Positions 62,157-64,000 of a DNA stretch of 64,000 nt are shown here, piece after piece (position 1 is the first letter of the stretch; every line of letters begins with the position of its first letter). The notes below the pieces were generated by a model. The model was not told where the DNA came from, ran no database searches, and saw only the letters and a list, made by a program, of their open reading frames with translations. The stretch covers positions 372,001 through 436,000 of the forward strand of contig CBFDEM010000005.1 in NCBI GenBank assembly GCA_965603825.1. The letters run 5' to 3'. Source of the DNA: Blepharisma stoltei ATCC 30299. Taxonomy: Eukaryota; Protista; Ciliophora. The position numbers and the translations under genes are program-made.

Positions 62157-64000
62157 ATGAACATTTCCCTGACATTAGACAGTCTCAACCAATTCCATCA
62201 AAAAGCAATGGAAATAGACCAAATCAATCAATTCCGTGATGATATAGTGACACTTATAAAATCTTCTTCAAAGAAAGGCCTCTTCAAAGGAATTATAAAT
62301 CCTTCTGAGCACATTCAGAATTCACGCACAAAAAAATTAAATAGTATTTTACCCAAAAACCAATTTCACAATAGAATAAATATTTTTGAGGAATTCATTA
62401 AGCATCCAGATGTCAGCATTGGCATAAATGTTCCTCCAACTTTGGTTCGCATTGCCCAATCAGCTGTTCCATTTTTAATTCAGACATTAAAAAATGGCAA
62501 AGTCGCAACAAGAGTCTATCAAGAAGGTGAATTTTTCATCCAAAATAAAGAAGATGATAATAGTATTTTTTGCTATAAAGCTCAGAATAAAGAAACTGTC
62601 CTATTTTTTGATGGGGAATCTGCAAAATTAATGTGGGAATCATCTCAAGAACCAGTAGCGATGCAGCCATTTATTGAAAGCTTATCAAACCCCCCTTCTC
62701 TGACAAGAATAGTCTGAAAAGAAGGCTCAAAAACAAAATATTTCTCAATCATAAACAAGAAAAAAATCCCAGTCAGGTCTAAAAGTGGAACTAAAGTTAC
62801 CCTAGATAAAAAAGTAAAGCAAGCACGTTTACGTTCATGCGTTTCTCCTTTCGAGTATTCAAAATCAATATTAAAGACTACAAAGTCCGTGAACAATCCT
62901 TTCAAGCTTAATTCAAATCTTAAATTCCCAAGGTTCGAAAGCAGTCCAAGTAATTCTAAAGCGAGTTTAAATCAGTCAGATTTTTCCAATATTAAAAAGA
63001 ATTTGATTTGAAGCGATGTTGAGAAGATAATAGAAGTTGACAGAACAAAAAATTTTCTTGTAAATTCAAAAGTCCCAGAAAATTGCATTTCATTGGAGAC
63101 TAAAGGAAAATTTGATGAGATAGATAAAATGACTTTTAATGTTGTGAATTTTTTGAATGAACATGTTTTTAAAGATTTTAAGATATCTGCAATAGTTCTT
63201 GATTTTATACAAGATAAAAGTAGAAAATGAATATTATTGAAATGCAGAGAATGCTCTTTTGATAGTCATTTTGATATTAATTTTCATCATGAAAAAGAAA
63301 GAAGCTCAAGCTTGCCAAGAAGAAAATTATCCAGTAGCTCATCAAAAGGTTCTAATTCATTCCATGAAGAAATGGCAGAGCCAGAAATATTAGATAATCG
63401 CTTAAGCTTTAATAATCGAGAAGAATTAAAATGCAATGAAGCCCAAGTGCAATCTAAAAAAAAGCCAAAATCCATTCCACTTGATGAAATTTCTGAAAAA
63501 GATTTATCAGGAAGATATGAAAAAATTAATAAAATAGCAAACCAAAAAACGATTATCACTCCAAATATCATAAAAGAGCCATCAACGCCCCAATATTATA
63601 CCTCAAATCCACTATTGTCAAAATTTAAATGCCCTTATCATAAAGTAATCATTGATCAAATTAAGCCTCAAGACTCAGTCCAAAACTATACTCAGCAGCA
63701 TATGAATGAAGCTGTAGATAGCTTTGACGAAATCAAAATCAAAGGGCAAATTTCTAAATTACGATCTGAAAACTTAGTTCAAAAGTATGGAGGTGATCTT
63801 TTTTGGCAAGAATTTATCCTATCATTGTATAATAAAGTTTTGGCAAGTGAGTTACTTAATAAGTATTTCAAAAATTGCAAACTTGAAAATTTTACGATGA
63901 TAGTTAATGGGATGTTCATTATATTTAATGGCCAAGTTAGCCTTGAATTTAGAAGAAAAGTAAGGGCTATGCATCAAAATATGGGATTGCTTGAAAAGGA
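62157..64000 (+). CDS. Large protein with a possible ATP-grasp-like N-terminal region and a C-terminal truncated (2/2) globin; runs off the right edge
   Basis: Open for 614 codons with TGA=W; from 63771 NLVQKYGG...LYNKVLASELLNKYF...KVRAMHQNMGL follows the group I truncated-haemoglobin pattern. Confidence 0.75.

Noticed and set aside
1581-63571. Many short antisense or overlapping ORFs in the track (e.g. 3480-3821, 28668-29210, 47254-47622)
   Set aside because: Shadows of real genes on the opposite strand or another frame, with no motifs.
1-64000. Telomeric repeats, rRNA, or IESs interrupting genes
   Set aside because: None seen; genes are continuous, consistent with internal macronuclear sequence.

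Overview
Gene-dense, AT-rich eukaryotic DNA, most likely the somatic (macronuclear) genome of a heterotrich ciliate such as Blepharisma. Two signals support this. (1) TGA is read as Trp: nearly all ORF-track breaks are in-frame TGAs at conserved Trp sites, and true stops are TAA/TAG. (2) Introns are tiny (15-16 nt, one candidate of 14 nt). Re-read with TGA=Trp, the fragments join into about 35 genes, including RAD50, EAF6, OXR1-like, an ankyrin-DHHC palmitoyltransferase, alpha-SNAP, a sorting nexin, WDR47, BBS8, an FKBP-TPR-cyclophilin, ALDH, POLE, an eIF4A-like helicase and a TmcB-like PAS protein, plus tRNA-Pro(TGG). Highlights: a 3.2-kb tandem duplication of a Zn-finger/Kelch/TPR gene whose TPR variable positions have diverged and may have been shuffled; a single-chain vWA-E2-U-box ubiquitination protein; a catalytically dead domesticated PiggyBac; a 7TM-pseudokinase fusion; and a large protein ending in a truncated globin. 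All assignments come from manual translation and motif recognition; no searches were run.
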